Shown here: positions 28,073 through 38,512 of the stretch, in pieces
How the letters are laid out: each line of letters opens with the position of its first letter
Position numbering within the stretch: position 1 is the stretch's first letter
Assembly: GCA_013203315.1 (NCBI GenBank)
Contig: JABMQJ010000015.1
Coordinates: 1-61,374 of the forward strand
From: Candidatus Omnitrophota bacterium
GTDB taxonomy: Bacteria; Omnitrophota; Gorgyraeia; JABMRN01; RBG-13-46-9
Reading direction: 5' to 3'
DNA length: 61,374 bases
Notes under the pieces: generated by a model
The model's input: only the letters and a program-made list of their open reading frames with translations
What the model was told of the DNA's origin: nothing
The model's database searches: none
Program-made: the position numbers and the translations under genes

Positions 28073-29008
28073 ATGATATCCGTAATCATTCCGACTAATG
28101 GGAGAAAAGAAGCGCTCAAAGAATGCCTGGAGAGCCTAAGTCAACAAACCTTGCTTCCTGATGAAATAATTATTGCCGGCGGGGGCGCTGACAGCCAGAC
28201 ACCGGAGTTTATAAAGACGTTGGCCAAAGATAGCCGCTACAAACCCAAGCTAGAATATTATAGTTTCGGACCATTAGGAGCAGCCGGACAGAGGAATAAA
28301 GCTTCGGAGATAGCAAAAGGAGATATTTTATTTTTTCTTGATGACGATGTTATTTGTAGACCGGAATTTATAAATAAAACAAACGCAATTTTTACCAAAG
28401 ACAGCACAAAAAATATTGCCGGTGTAAGCGGAATTATTACAAACCAAACGTATGTTCCGCTCGGCAAGGCAAGCAGATTCTTATTCAACCTGTCTTTAAA
28501 GGCAAATGAAAGGCAGGGCAGCTATGCCGGCAAGGTTATAGGTCCCGCAGTAAACTTTCTTCCAAGAGACGGAAAAGGTGTTGAACAAGAGGTTGATTGG
28601 CTTTCCTCGTGTTGTTCGGCGTATCGAAAAAAGATATTTTTAGAATATAAATTCAATGAAAACTTCAATGGATATTCGTTTATGGAAGATGTGGAGCTCT
28701 CGTGTCGCATCAGAAAAAAGCACAAACTAATAAATACAACTAAAGCACGTTGTTTTCATAAGGATCTTGGCGGGAAGACGCATGAAAATTGGATTGAAAT
28801 CGGAAAAATGCAGATTTTAAACAGATGGCATGTTATGACCAAAGTCATGGATAAACGCTTACCTTCGGACAAATGCAGATTCTTTTATTACCAAATATAT
28901 TGCGTGATAACCGAATCAAAGCTTCTTTTTAAATGGCCCGAGCTAAAATATACCCTGCTCAGGTGGTGGGGAAGAATACTCGGATGTCTGAAACTTTTTA
29001 GAAAATGA
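28073..29008 (+). CDS. glycosyltransferase family 2
   Basis: SVIIPT, RNKA, FLDDDV, MEDVELS. Confidence 0.9.
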   Translation: MISVIIPTNGRKEALKECLESLSQQTLLPDEIIIAGGGADSQTPEFIKTLAKDSRYKPKLEYYSFGPLGAAGQRNKASEIAKGDILFFLDDDVICRPEFINKTNAIFTKDSTKNIAGVSGIITNQTYVPLGKASRFLFNLSLKANERQGSYAGKVIGPAVNFLPRDGKGVEQEVDWLSSCCSAYRKKIFLEYKFNENFNGYSFMEDVELSCRIRKKHKLINTTKARCFHKDLGGKTHENWIEIGKMQILNRWHVMTKVMDKRLPSDKCRFFYYQIYCVITESKLLFKWPELKYTLLRWWGRILGCLKLFRK

Positions 29009-30237
29009 TTACAAAAAACGATATATTAGTTAGCCATGCCGGAAAACAGCACTCTTATAAGCTTGCGATTTCTTTGCAAAACATGGGTCGCCTGTCAAGG
29101 TTTGCAACAAGCTCTTATTACGATCCTTCGAGATTCCCCGATACATTTTTTTCACGATTTACCAAGCTAGATAAAATCTTGAAAAAAAGACATGAACCAG
29201 GTCTTTCTGATAAAGTAAGAAGATTTCCGTTTTTTGAAGTTCCAGAAATCATTTTACGTACATTATTAGGAAACAAGAAAATTTCTTCCGATGCGACTTG
29301 CTTAAGAGACATGTTATTTGATAGGTTTGTATCAAAAACCCAGATTTACAACTCCGGAATCTTCTGGGGATTTCAAGGAAGCTGCCTGGAGAGTCTGAAA
29401 GCTGCTAAAAGAAAAGGAATTATCGCCATAGCTGAGTTTGCCACAGCGCACGTAACTGCAGCCATTCGGATACTCGAAGAAGAGAGAAAGAGAAATCCAG
29501 AATGGGCAGATTCCATAAATAACCTCTGTTTTCCGAATTGGTATTTGAAAAGGTTAAAGGAAGAACCGTTCCTCGCAGATTTTTGTGTCGCAGCAAGTGA
29601 ATTTTCAAAAAAAACTTTAGAAGACGCGAATGTCGAATCCAAAAAAATATTATTATTACCCTTAGGCGCAAGTCTTGAGAAGTTCAAGTTTAAAAAAAGA
29701 AAAATAAAATCAAACTTCCAAGTTCTTTTCGTAGGAAGCGTCGGGCAGAGGAAAGGAATGAAGTATCTCCTGGAAGCAATTAAAATGCTGCGTTCAAATA
29801 AAGTCGTCACCAAAATAGTGGGCCCCATCGTGGGTTCGGGTAAGGCATTTCGCAGCTATTCAAACTATTACGAATATCTTGGATGTTTAACTCAGGAAGA
29901 GGTACTTAAGGTCATGCACGAGAGCGATTGCCTTGTTTTGCCTTCTCTTCTGGAGGGGTTCGGCCTTGTCATACCTGAAGCCATGGCAAGCGGCATGCCC
30001 GTGATCGCAACTACTCATACCGCGGCACCGGAAATTATCCGGGAAGGAAGAGACGGATTTATTCTGGAACCCTGTGATGCTCGTGGCCTGGCGGGGAAGC
30101 TAGACTGGCTGGCAACACATAAAGAAAAATCGATAGAGATGGGGCAGGATGCCCGGGAAGGTTCCGAAAAATTTTCCTGGAAAAAACACCAGGAGAGGTT
30201 AAAGCAAATATTACAGGTTATAGAAGATGAAAGATAA
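29005..30237 (+). CDS. glycosyltransferase family 4
   Basis: FVGSVGQRKG, LPSLLEGFGLVIPEAMASGMPV. Confidence 0.92.
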   Translation: MITKNDILVSHAGKQHSYKLAISLQNMGRLSRFATSSYYDPSRFPDTFFSRFTKLDKILKKRHEPGLSDKVRRFPFFEVPEIILRTLLGNKKISSDATCLRDMLFDRFVSKTQIYNSGIFWGFQGSCLESLKAAKRKGIIAIAEFATAHVTAAIRILEEERKRNPEWADSINNLCFPNWYLKRLKEEPFLADFCVAASEFSKKTLEDANVESKKILLLPLGASLEKFKFKKRKIKSNFQVLFVGSVGQRKGMKYLLEAIKMLRSNKVVTKIVGPIVGSGKAFRSYSNYYEYLGCLTQEEVLKVMHESDCLVLPSLLEGFGLVIPEAMASGMPVIATTHTAAPEIIREGRDGFILEPCDARGLAGKLDWLATHKEKSIEMGQDAREGSEKFSWKKHQERLKQILQVIEDER

Positions 30238-31099
30238 GCTACGCGGCTCAATAATCGTTGTTACCCGGAACAGGTCCGCGATTTTAGAAGAGATGCTGAA
30301 TGAGACAAGAAAACAGGCCGGATATCGGGATTTTGAAGTTATTGTAGCAAATGACGGGGGCGAAATAGATATCAAAAGGAATTTGGAAGGGACTTTCCCA
30401 GAAATTAAATTTATTAATTTTTTAAAACAAGAAGGGTATATTGGGTTGCGGAGCAGATTATTTAAAGAAGCTAGGGCCGAGGTTGTCTTTTTTTTAGACG
30501 ACGATTCATGGTTCGAAGAGGAGCACGCTCTTATGCGTGCCGTTCGAATATTCGAAGAATATCCACAAGCCGGTATTTTAAGCTTTGGAGTTCGATTACC
30601 AAATGACCGGACGATTCCACAGAGCCTAACCGGGACGGTGCCATACAGGGTAGCAAGTTACATGGGTTGCGCGCACGCGGTCAGAAAAGTATTTTTTGAA
30701 AATAATGACATATACGATGCAGATTATTTCAGGCAGGGAGAGGAAAGAGATCTCGCGATCAAGTGCCTGGATAAAAACTATGAGATTTTGCAGGTTAATT
30801 CCATAATCGTGTATCACCGCCAAGTAGCGCTGAATCGAGACCACCAGTTTATTCACGGTTATGCTTTTCGCAATGAATTATTTTTCTATCTGAAATATTT
30901 TCCAGCTATCCCCTGCGGTATCTTTATGCTAAAATGTATAGCAAGCCACAGTATTTTTTGTTTCAAAAAAGGCTGGTTTGCGGCTTACTTTTTCGGTTTA
31001 AAAAAATTTATCAATGACTTTTTTAAATTTCTTAAAAAAAGAAAACCAGTTAAAATGGCTACAGTAAAAAAATATATTTATTTAAAAAAACAAATATAA
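30227..31099 (+). CDS. glycosyltransferase family 2
   Basis: SIIVVTRNR, VANDGG, FLDDDS, GEERDLA. Confidence 0.88.
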   Translation: MKDKLRGSIIVVTRNRSAILEEMLNETRKQAGYRDFEVIVANDGGEIDIKRNLEGTFPEIKFINFLKQEGYIGLRSRLFKEARAEVVFFLDDDSWFEEEHALMRAVRIFEEYPQAGILSFGVRLPNDRTIPQSLTGTVPYRVASYMGCAHAVRKVFFENNDIYDADYFRQGEERDLAIKCLDKNYEILQVNSIIVYHRQVALNRDHQFIHGYAFRNELFFYLKYFPAIPCGIFMLKCIASHSIFCFKKGWFAAYFFGLKKFINDFFKFLKKRKPVKMATVKKYIYLKKQI

Positions 31100-31110
31100 G
31101 AGAGAAAATC

Positions 31111-32520
31111 ATGGTAAAAAAAGGAAAGAATATTGTTATTGCAGAGTTCTTTATAATCGGGCTAATGGCAATTTTAGTCTATAACCTTTTTTCTCAAGGG
31201 GTAAGCTGGAAAATCGTGCAATCTGCCGCTGCCCTTATTTTTTTAGGAATTCTTCTTTCCCTTGTGTTCGAAGCAAGGCAAAGGAGAATGTGTATCGTTA
31301 ATGCTAAAACCATGATTCTTACAGGCGTCCTGGCGTGGATACTTCTAGATCCGCTGACATTGAAGGAGGGAATTGAGAAGTTTTCCCCCGAGAGTATTTC
31401 AAAAGCATTTGTGATGATCCTTCTTTTTATGCTCATGGTTTACCTCGGGTATATTATAGAGTGGCCAGCCTATTTTGAAAAAATCTTCAAAAAACTTGAT
31501 TATAAATACTCCTTTAGTCGCGGGAAATTGTTTAAATTTACAGCAATATTCCTTTTTTTGGGGCTCCTTCCTATCCTTATCTGGGGCGGTGGTGCGAAAA
31601 ATATTATCTATAACCTTACTCATGCGGGCCGTTTCGGAACAGCGTGGGGGAGAGGGGCTTACGGTGGGTGGACAGATTGGATTAAAACAGGGCTTAGCCT
31701 TTTTGGAATAATAGGTATTCAGCTCACCTGGTTTTATAGTATTTTTGTAAAAAAGAAAATTACTCTGATTCTGCTTGCCCTGGTAAACATATTAATAATC
31801 TTCAATACGGGCACAAGGACAAGCCTTGGCGCTGTGCTGCTGCCGCTCTTTCTGCTTTATTACCTGCATGCTTATAACAACAGAAGGAAATCGCGGTATG
31901 TTATTTTTATATTGTTTTATTTGCTGCTCATTGTTTTTCAGATTCAGCTAATTGTAAGAAGCTCTTCACATGGAACGCGTGTCGAAGATATTGTCCGCGA
32001 ATCTATTTCGAAAGTTAGCGGAAAAGCTCCAACGGAATTTCAAAGAGATAACCAGTTTTATGAGATTGTCCGAATCGGCGAATATGTTCCAAGCACATTG
32101 CCCTATTCAGGCGAACTTTTAATATTTAGGCCCTTATATCATTTCGTACCGCGGGCGATATGGAAGGGGAAGCCGGGCGGCATCACTAAAAACTACGAAA
32201 ACTTAGTTCTTGGTGAAGGAATGAGCTTAACACTTGCGGTTTCTATGATCGGTGAATTTTATATCTGTAACGGGTGGCTCGGCATATGCGCAATAGGTAT
32301 TTTAATAGGATTTCTGGCGAAACAGTTTGATTCACTGATTGAAATGTCGAGACGCTCACCCGCTATCTTGCTGGTGTACAGCTACGGGCTAACCTTCTTA
32401 TTTATCAGTATAAGGTCGTATCAGATCGTGTATGAAGGTTGGTATGCGTTTATATTCATATATTTCATGCTCAAATGGATAAGGGTAAAAAAACCCACAA
32501 CTCAATATGAACATACTTAA
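31111..32520 (+). CDS. Wzy-like O-antigen/polysaccharide polymerase
   Basis: About 11-12 TM helices, TGTR, PLYHFVPRAIWKGKP and GEFY…GWLG motifs; located inside the GT cluster. Confidence 0.75.
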   Translation: MVKKGKNIVIAEFFIIGLMAILVYNLFSQGVSWKIVQSAAALIFLGILLSLVFEARQRRMCIVNAKTMILTGVLAWILLDPLTLKEGIEKFSPESISKAFVMILLFMLMVYLGYIIEWPAYFEKIFKKLDYKYSFSRGKLFKFTAIFLFLGLLPILIWGGGAKNIIYNLTHAGRFGTAWGRGAYGGWTDWIKTGLSLFGIIGIQLTWFYSIFVKKKITLILLALVNILIIFNTGTRTSLGAVLLPLFLLYYLHAYNNRRKSRYVIFILFYLLLIVFQIQLIVRSSSHGTRVEDIVRESISKVSGKAPTEFQRDNQFYEIVRIGEYVPSTLPYSGELLIFRPLYHFVPRAIWKGKPGGITKNYENLVLGEGMSLTLAVSMIGEFYICNGWLGICAIGILIGFLAKQFDSLIEMSRRSPAILLVYSYGLTFLFISIRSYQIVYEGWYAFIFIYFMLKWIRVKKPTTQYEHT

Positions 32521-33673
32521 TGTAGTCCCATACTGGGGCCCTGAATTCGGGGGCCAGTATGTAAACGTGGCAAATATCACGGCCAACCTTATATTGCGCG
32601 GGCACGGAGCCTCTATCATAACAACCTCAAAAACGGCGCAGAACTTTGGAAAAACTTATCCATGGAGAATTGCCGAGCAGCTCATATCTTTACCGATTCG
32701 CGCGTGCAAGTGTTACGAGAATTTAACATCTTTCTCTCCGGAGTTTGTGAGGCAAATTGCCAAGCATATCCGTGAATACGACGCCGTGTTAATACACGGT
32801 TTATGGAGATTCCCCACGTCGCTGGCTGCTTTTCTCTGCAGAAAACAAGGTATTCCCTATATCGTTTTTACCCACGCGATGATGTCTCCATGGAGCTTAT
32901 CAAATAGGAGAATAAGAAAAAAGATATATTTTTATCTATGTGAAAAAAACGATCTAAACAAAGCGGCAAGGGTTGCCGTTATGGATGATCCCGAAAAAAA
33001 TATGGCAAAAAAACAAGGGATAACAGCGAAGTCGTTCTCTTTTCAAAATGCGCTCAACGCAAAAGAAACAATTTTATCCAAAACCTCACGTGACATAAAC
33101 AAAAGAACGTCATCGGGTACAACTAATTTATTGTATTTAAGCCGTATCCATCCGAAAAAAGGGCTGATTTACCTGATTAAAGCAGTTACCGAACTTAGCC
33201 GGGCAAATCACAAAATCAAACTTATCGTGGCAGGGCCTCCGGAGAAGCGCTGGTACGTAAGAAAAATACAGAATATAATTAGAGAAAACAACCTGCAGAA
33301 ATACATATTTTTCATTAACACTGTATGCGGAGAAGAAAAGAAAAAACTTTTTATGGAAGCAGATATTTTTCTCCTCCTTTCGGATGATGATAGCAGGCCC
33401 CTGGCGATCCTGGAAGCCATGAGCTACGGTTTACCGGTAATTGCGACCGCAGGGTGCAGAATGCCGGAAATTGACAATAAGATGGGCTACATTGTAAGCC
33501 GGAACCCGAAAGAAATCGCCGGATCCATTTGGAAATTAGCGGAAAACAAGGAATTAGCGGAAAAGATGGGAGCAAGCGGGTACCGGCATATCCTGGAAAA
33601 TTTCACGTGGGATAAAAGGATTAATGAATTAATGGAAGTGTTAGGCCGGGTTATTGCAGAAGGCAAAGCATGA
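32507..33673 (+). CDS. glycosyltransferase family 4
   Basis: EFGG, HGLW, LSRIHPKKG, LEAMSYGLPV. Confidence 0.9.
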   Translation: MNILNVVPYWGPEFGGQYVNVANITANLILRGHGASIITTSKTAQNFGKTYPWRIAEQLISLPIRACKCYENLTSFSPEFVRQIAKHIREYDAVLIHGLWRFPTSLAAFLCRKQGIPYIVFTHAMMSPWSLSNRRIRKKIYFYLCEKNDLNKAARVAVMDDPEKNMAKKQGITAKSFSFQNALNAKETILSKTSRDINKRTSSGTTNLLYLSRIHPKKGLIYLIKAVTELSRANHKIKLIVAGPPEKRWYVRKIQNIIRENNLQKYIFFINTVCGEEKKKLFMEADIFLLLSDDDSRPLAILEAMSYGLPVIATAGCRMPEIDNKMGYIVSRNPKEIAGSIWKLAENKELAEKMGASGYRHILENFTWDKRINELMEVLGRVIAEGKA

Positions 33674-36012
33674 AGATACTGCTTATCAGCTCGAACTCAA
33701 GTTCGGCAGGCGGAGGCGAAGAGTATTTTGTATATCTTGCCAAGGGCCTTAAGAACCTTGGCGAAGAAGTTATCGTTCTCCTGTCGGATAGGCCTTACAT
33801 GGATGCCTGGGAAGAGAAGTTTAACACAATAGGGATTCGCGTAAAAAGGTCGGATTTGAAAGGACTTCGGGAAAGGCCGCTCCGGTTTTTCCAGAGCATA
33901 AATGATAAAAGACAGATAGGGCTCATTGCTTCATTATGCGGCCAATTAAAGCCGGACATTATTCACGTCAATCAACAATATGATGCAGACGGCCTGGATT
34001 ATTTAATGGGTGCGTTGCACTACGGAAAGGCCCCGGTCATATCCATGATTCATATGCCCATGAGCCTGACGAAACATCTGCGACCGAAAAAAAGCGTAAA
34101 AACGTGGGCTATAAAAATTTTTTTACTCGACAAGCTTAAAACATTAATTCTAAAAACTTGGTATAGAAAACACGAATTTACAAAAATATTTCCCACCGAA
34201 ACAATGAAAAACGAATTTGCAACTGTCTATGGAAAAAACGGCGATCTGCACGTTATTATTCACGGGGTTGACATTGACAAAATCCCGTATCCTGCCGGTC
34301 AAATAAAAACACATACCATAGGTTTTTGCGGAAGGTTCACCCCCCAGAAAGATGTATTTCTTTTAATAAATGCGTGGTTAAATGCGCGTAAAAGAGGATT
34401 GAAAAGCAAACTACTTTTAATAGGTGATGGCATATTGCGCAAAAAAATAGAAAAAGAACTAAGAAAAAAAGCCCCTGAAGATTCATGGAAGATTACAGGC
34501 TGGGTCCGTAACCCGAAAGATTACATGGCCCGGGTGGATTTATTACTAGTGACTTCGAAGTTTGAAGGTTTTCCAATAGCGGTATTGGAGGCAACCTGCG
34601 CAGGTAAACGCTGTCTTTGCACGGATTTTCCAGGGGCCTCGGAACTGGCGGAGAGAATCCCGTCTTTAAAAGTGGTAAATTCAAGAAACCCGGATATTTT
34701 GGCTCAAGCGATTCTTGGGTGCACCGATAAAAACATTTGCGAAAAAGAAAAAATTGAAAAAATGAGAACCTTTTTTTCGTGTACAAGAATGGCCGCTGAT
34801 ACCATGGCTCTTTATAAAAGCCACACAGAAAGAAAAATGCCAAAAGTCGCGTTACTATGGCCCGATTTTAATTTCTATCACGTTGCCCGCTTTCGTGCGT
34901 TGCATGAAAAATTGGGAAATAGGCTTTTAGGAATAGAACTTATAGGCGGCGTAGGGGACGACGAAACAACGCAGTGGCGCCATAGTAAAAGAGACGGTTT
35001 ACCTATAGTTACTTTATTTCCGCACAAAGACATGAGGGGGCTTTCGCGCAAGGCACTTGGCCGAGCTATTGTTGATAAGCTAAAAGAATGCCGCGCTGAT
35101 ATAATTTTCGTAAATGGTTACAGTACACCCGAACTCAGGATTGTCATCGATTGGGCGTACAAAAATAATAAAAGATGCTTTACATTTTTTGAAAGTAAAA
35201 AAGATGATTTCAAGCGATTTTTCATAAGCGAATATTTTAAGAAAAGAATTGTAATGAAACTGAGTGGTGCTATCTGCGGGGGCAAGCTTCATCGAGAATA
35301 TTTAACAGAACTCGGGATGTCCGAGGAAAATATATTTTTTGGATATAATGTTATAGATAACAATTTTTTTAAAGAAAAGAGCTTTCTCGCACAAGAAAAC
35401 TCCGAATTAAATAGAAAAGAATACGGCCTTCCGAAAAACTATTTCATTACTTCTTCACGACTTGTAAAAAAGAAGAACTTATCACGACTACTCGATGCCT
35501 ATAAGGCATATAGGAAAAGGTTTAATGCTGCCAAAAGCCGCGTATCGAGTGAAGCCGACGATAAAATTCCATGGGGACTGGTCCTTTGCGGAGCGGGATC
35601 CGAAGGCGCTCTTTTAGAGAAGAAAGTTAAGCGTGAAAAAATAAAAGGAGTAAATTTTGCCGGCCCCAAAGAACCAAAAGAGCTGGCTTTGCATTATGGG
35701 CTGGCGAGCGCTTTTATTTTAGCAAGTACCCGGGAACAATGGGGCCTTGCCATAAATGAAGCAATGGCATCAGGTTTGCCGATTCTTGCGACAAACATCG
35801 CAGGCGCGAGCCGAGAACTTGTCGAAGATGGTATTAACGGATATAAATTTAATCCCTTGGATAAAAATAGGTTATCCGAGCTTATGTTAGACATGACATG
35901 CCTAGACGAAGCCAAGCGCTTGGAAATGCGAAAAAATAACCAGGAGAGAATTTCTTCATATTCACCGGAATATTTTGCGGAAAATATCATCAAAGCGATA
36001 GAAAAATGGTAA
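33670..36012 (+). CDS. tandem double GT4 glycosyltransferase fusion
   Basis: Two complete GT-B units: GGGE…GRFTPQK…EGFPIAVLEA, then from Met390 (nt 34837) MPKVALL…SRLVKKKN…EQWGLAINEAMASG. Confidence 0.88.
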   Translation: MKILLISSNSSSAGGGEEYFVYLAKGLKNLGEEVIVLLSDRPYMDAWEEKFNTIGIRVKRSDLKGLRERPLRFFQSINDKRQIGLIASLCGQLKPDIIHVNQQYDADGLDYLMGALHYGKAPVISMIHMPMSLTKHLRPKKSVKTWAIKIFLLDKLKTLILKTWYRKHEFTKIFPTETMKNEFATVYGKNGDLHVIIHGVDIDKIPYPAGQIKTHTIGFCGRFTPQKDVFLLINAWLNARKRGLKSKLLLIGDGILRKKIEKELRKKAPEDSWKITGWVRNPKDYMARVDLLLVTSKFEGFPIAVLEATCAGKRCLCTDFPGASELAERIPSLKVVNSRNPDILAQAILGCTDKNICEKEKIEKMRTFFSCTRMAADTMALYKSHTERKMPKVALLWPDFNFYHVARFRALHEKLGNRLLGIELIGGVGDDETTQWRHSKRDGLPIVTLFPHKDMRGLSRKALGRAIVDKLKECRADIIFVNGYSTPELRIVIDWAYKNNKRCFTFFESKKDDFKRFFISEYFKKRIVMKLSGAICGGKLHREYLTELGMSEENIFFGYNVIDNNFFKEKSFLAQENSELNRKEYGLPKNYFITSSRLVKKKNLSRLLDAYKAYRKRFNAAKSRVSSEADDKIPWGLVLCGAGSEGALLEKKVKREKIKGVNFAGPKEPKELALHYGLASAFILASTREQWGLAINEAMASGLPILATNIAGASRELVEDGINGYKFNPLDKNRLSELMLDMTCLDEAKRLEMRKNNQERISSYSPEYFAENIIKAIEKW

Positions 36013-37739
36013 TCTTGGGAATTAATGCTCACCATCCTGATTCTTCGGCGGCAATAGTTGTGGATGGCAAACTTGTTGCTGCTTGCGAAGAGGAAAGATT
36101 CCGCCGAATAAAGCATTTTGCGGGATTTCCTGAAGAGTCAATAAAATATTGCTTAAAAGAAGCAAGTGTTTCCGCCAAAGACATTACACATATAACCATT
36201 CCGCGTCAACCGTGCGCACGAATATACAAAAAAATACTCTACGGATTAAAAATGCCTTCCCTTGCTTGCCGCAGGATGTCGGCCTGGAAAGAAACATTTA
36301 GCGTGAAAACACGGCTTTCGCAGCTTTTCAATATCGATGAGGACAAAATTAACGCAAAAATCGTGAAAGTGGAACATCATCGAGCCCACCTAGCCTCGTC
36401 TTTTTTTGTATCAGGATTCGATAAAGCCTTTTTGTTCTCCGCAGATGCGTTGGGAGATTTTGCTTCTACGATGTGGGCAGTCGGGGAAGGAAACAAAATA
36501 AAAATTTTAGGAGAAACCACATTTCCTCACTCTTTAGGATTTTATTATACGGCAATTACGCAATATTTAGGATTTTTACGCTTTGGCGACGAATACAAAA
36601 TAATGGGATTAGCCCCTTACGGTGAGCCTGTATATAAGGATGAGTTTGCGAAAATATTAATGCTTAAAAATAAAAAATTCGAACTTAACCTAAAATATTT
36701 CCTGCAGCAGGATGGGGCAGTAGACATGTCTTTTAAAGACGGATATCCTGAGATTGAGGCGCTTTTTTCTCCTTATCTTGAGAAAAGGTTGGGGAAAAAA
36801 CGGATGCCGCAGGAACCCTTAGAAAAAAGGCATAACGATATAGCTTTCTCGCTGCAAAAGAGGCTAGAAGATGCCATCAGCTATCTTATAAGCACTCTTT
36901 CGCCCGGAGACATTCCCAACCTTTGCCTTTCGGGAGGTGTCTCTCATAACTCAGCTGCTAACGGAAAGTTATTCGACAAAACCCGGTTCAAAAAAATATA
37001 TATTCCCCCTGCACCAGGAGATGCCGGATTGGCCATAGGGGCGGCTTTTTACTTCTGGAACCAGACACTCAGGAGGCCGAGAAGCTTTCAAATGGAACAT
37101 GCTTATTGGGGTCCTGAGCACAAAAACATTGCCACAGAAGTTGAATACAAAAAAGACGCACTCGTAAACCATAATTGCGGGATAAAAGAAGTAAAGGACG
37201 AAAGCACGCTATGTAAAAACATAGCGCAGGAGATATCGAATGGGAAAATTGTAGGATGGTTTCAGGGAAAAATGGAGTTGGGCCCGAGAGCATTAGGGAA
37301 TAGGAGTATCCTTGCCGACCCAAGAAGAAAAGATATGAAAGATATTTTGAATAAGCGGATAAAACAAAGAGAACCTTTCAGGCCTTTTGCGCCGTCAATT
37401 CTTGAGGAGAATACAGGGGAGTATTTCAAAAAATCTCACCCATCACCCTTTATGAGTTTCGTGTATGACATAAAAGAAAATAAAAAAAATACAATTCCCG
37501 CAGTTTGCCATGTTAACGGAACCGCCAGGCTGCAAACAGTAAATAGGAATGCAAACCCTTTCTACTGGAAATTAATAAACGAATTTAAAAATATCACAAG
37601 AATACCGGTATTGCTTAATACCTCATTTAATGAAAATGAACCCATAATATGTTCTCCCCAAGAAGCGATCAAATGTTTTTTACGGACAGAGATGGACATA
37701 TTGGCGATGGGGCCATTTATTTTTCAAAAAAATAAATAA
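36006..37739 (+). CDS. NodU/CmcH-family carbamoyltransferase
   Basis: EEERFRR.KH, EHHRAH, HSLG.YY, EYKIMGLAPYG, GPRALGNRSILADP, FRPFAP, LNTSFN. Confidence 0.93.
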   Translation: MVILGINAHHPDSSAAIVVDGKLVAACEEERFRRIKHFAGFPEESIKYCLKEASVSAKDITHITIPRQPCARIYKKILYGLKMPSLACRRMSAWKETFSVKTRLSQLFNIDEDKINAKIVKVEHHRAHLASSFFVSGFDKAFLFSADALGDFASTMWAVGEGNKIKILGETTFPHSLGFYYTAITQYLGFLRFGDEYKIMGLAPYGEPVYKDEFAKILMLKNKKFELNLKYFLQQDGAVDMSFKDGYPEIEALFSPYLEKRLGKKRMPQEPLEKRHNDIAFSLQKRLEDAISYLISTLSPGDIPNLCLSGGVSHNSAANGKLFDKTRFKKIYIPPAPGDAGLAIGAAFYFWNQTLRRPRSFQMEHAYWGPEHKNIATEVEYKKDALVNHNCGIKEVKDESTLCKNIAQEISNGKIVGWFQGKMELGPRALGNRSILADPRRKDMKDILNKRIKQREPFRPFAPSILEENTGEYFKKSHPSPFMSFVYDIKENKKNTIPAVCHVNGTARLQTVNRNANPFYWKLINEFKNITRIPVLLNTSFNENEPIICSPQEAIKCFLRTEMDILAMGPFIFQKNK

Positions 37740-37741
37740 AA

Positions 37742-38512
37742 ATGAAAATTTCCATAATTACAGTTGTTCATAATAACGCCGAGTATATTGGAGATTGTAT
37801 TAAAAGCGTAATAGGGCAGTCTTACTCCGCCATCGAATACATAATTGTAGACGGTAAATCCACGGATGGTACGCTTGAGGTTGTTAATCAGCATAAGGAA
37901 AAGATCGCTAAGATCATTTCCGAAAAAGACAAGGGATACGTATATGCCATGAATAAAGGCCTGGAAGCGGCTACCGGAGATATAGTAGGGTTTTTGCATT
38001 CAGATGATTTTTATGCGCACGAGAGAGTGATAGAAGAAATCGTCGGCATGTTTAAAAAGACATCCACGGATAGCCTGTATGGAGATTTGGTATATGTAAA
38101 AAAAGATAATCCGAACAAAATCGTTAGATATTGGAAAGGGGGAGCGTATAATCTGAATAGAATCAGATGGGGATGGATGCCGCCCCACCCTACTTTTTTC
38201 GTCAAAAGGGAAATCTATGAAAAACACGGTTATTTTAACACCGATTTTAAAATAGCAGCAGACTATGAAATTATGCTTAGATTTTTATACAGGCACAAGA
38301 TCTCGATTCATTACATGCCCGAGATCCTGGTGAATATGCGCACCGGGGGTGTGAGCAATAAAGGGTTTCGAAATATAATGCGAAAATCTTTCGAAGACTA
38401 TAAAATCTGTAAAAATTATGACGCGGGAAAGGGATTCTCTGCTATAATATTAAAGAACCTTACGAAGATCCCGCAGTTTTTCATAAAAGAAAACAAAAAG
38501 GCTAAACGATGA
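37742..38512 (+). CDS. glycosyltransferase family 2 (WcaE-like)
   Basis: SIITVV, VDGKSTD, AMNKG, FLHSDD, PPHPTFF, IAADYE. Confidence 0.92.
   Translation: MKISIITVVHNNAEYIGDCIKSVIGQSYSAIEYIIVDGKSTDGTLEVVNQHKEKIAKIISEKDKGYVYAMNKGLEAATGDIVGFLHSDDFYAHERVIEEIVGMFKKTSTDSLYGDLVYVKKDNPNKIVRYWKGGAYNLNRIRWGWMPPHPTFFVKREIYEKHGYFNTDFKIAADYEIMLRFLYRHKISIHYMPEILVNMRTGGVSNKGFRNIMRKSFEDYKICKNYDAGKGFSAIILKNLTKIPQFFIKENKKAKR

Noticed and set aside
35525-35570. Possible in-frame REP-like insertion in the double GT4 (NAAKSRVSSEADDK; TATCG…CGATA)
   Set aside because: Only a 5-bp stem and no second copy in the window; cannot be distinguished from an ordinary variable loop.
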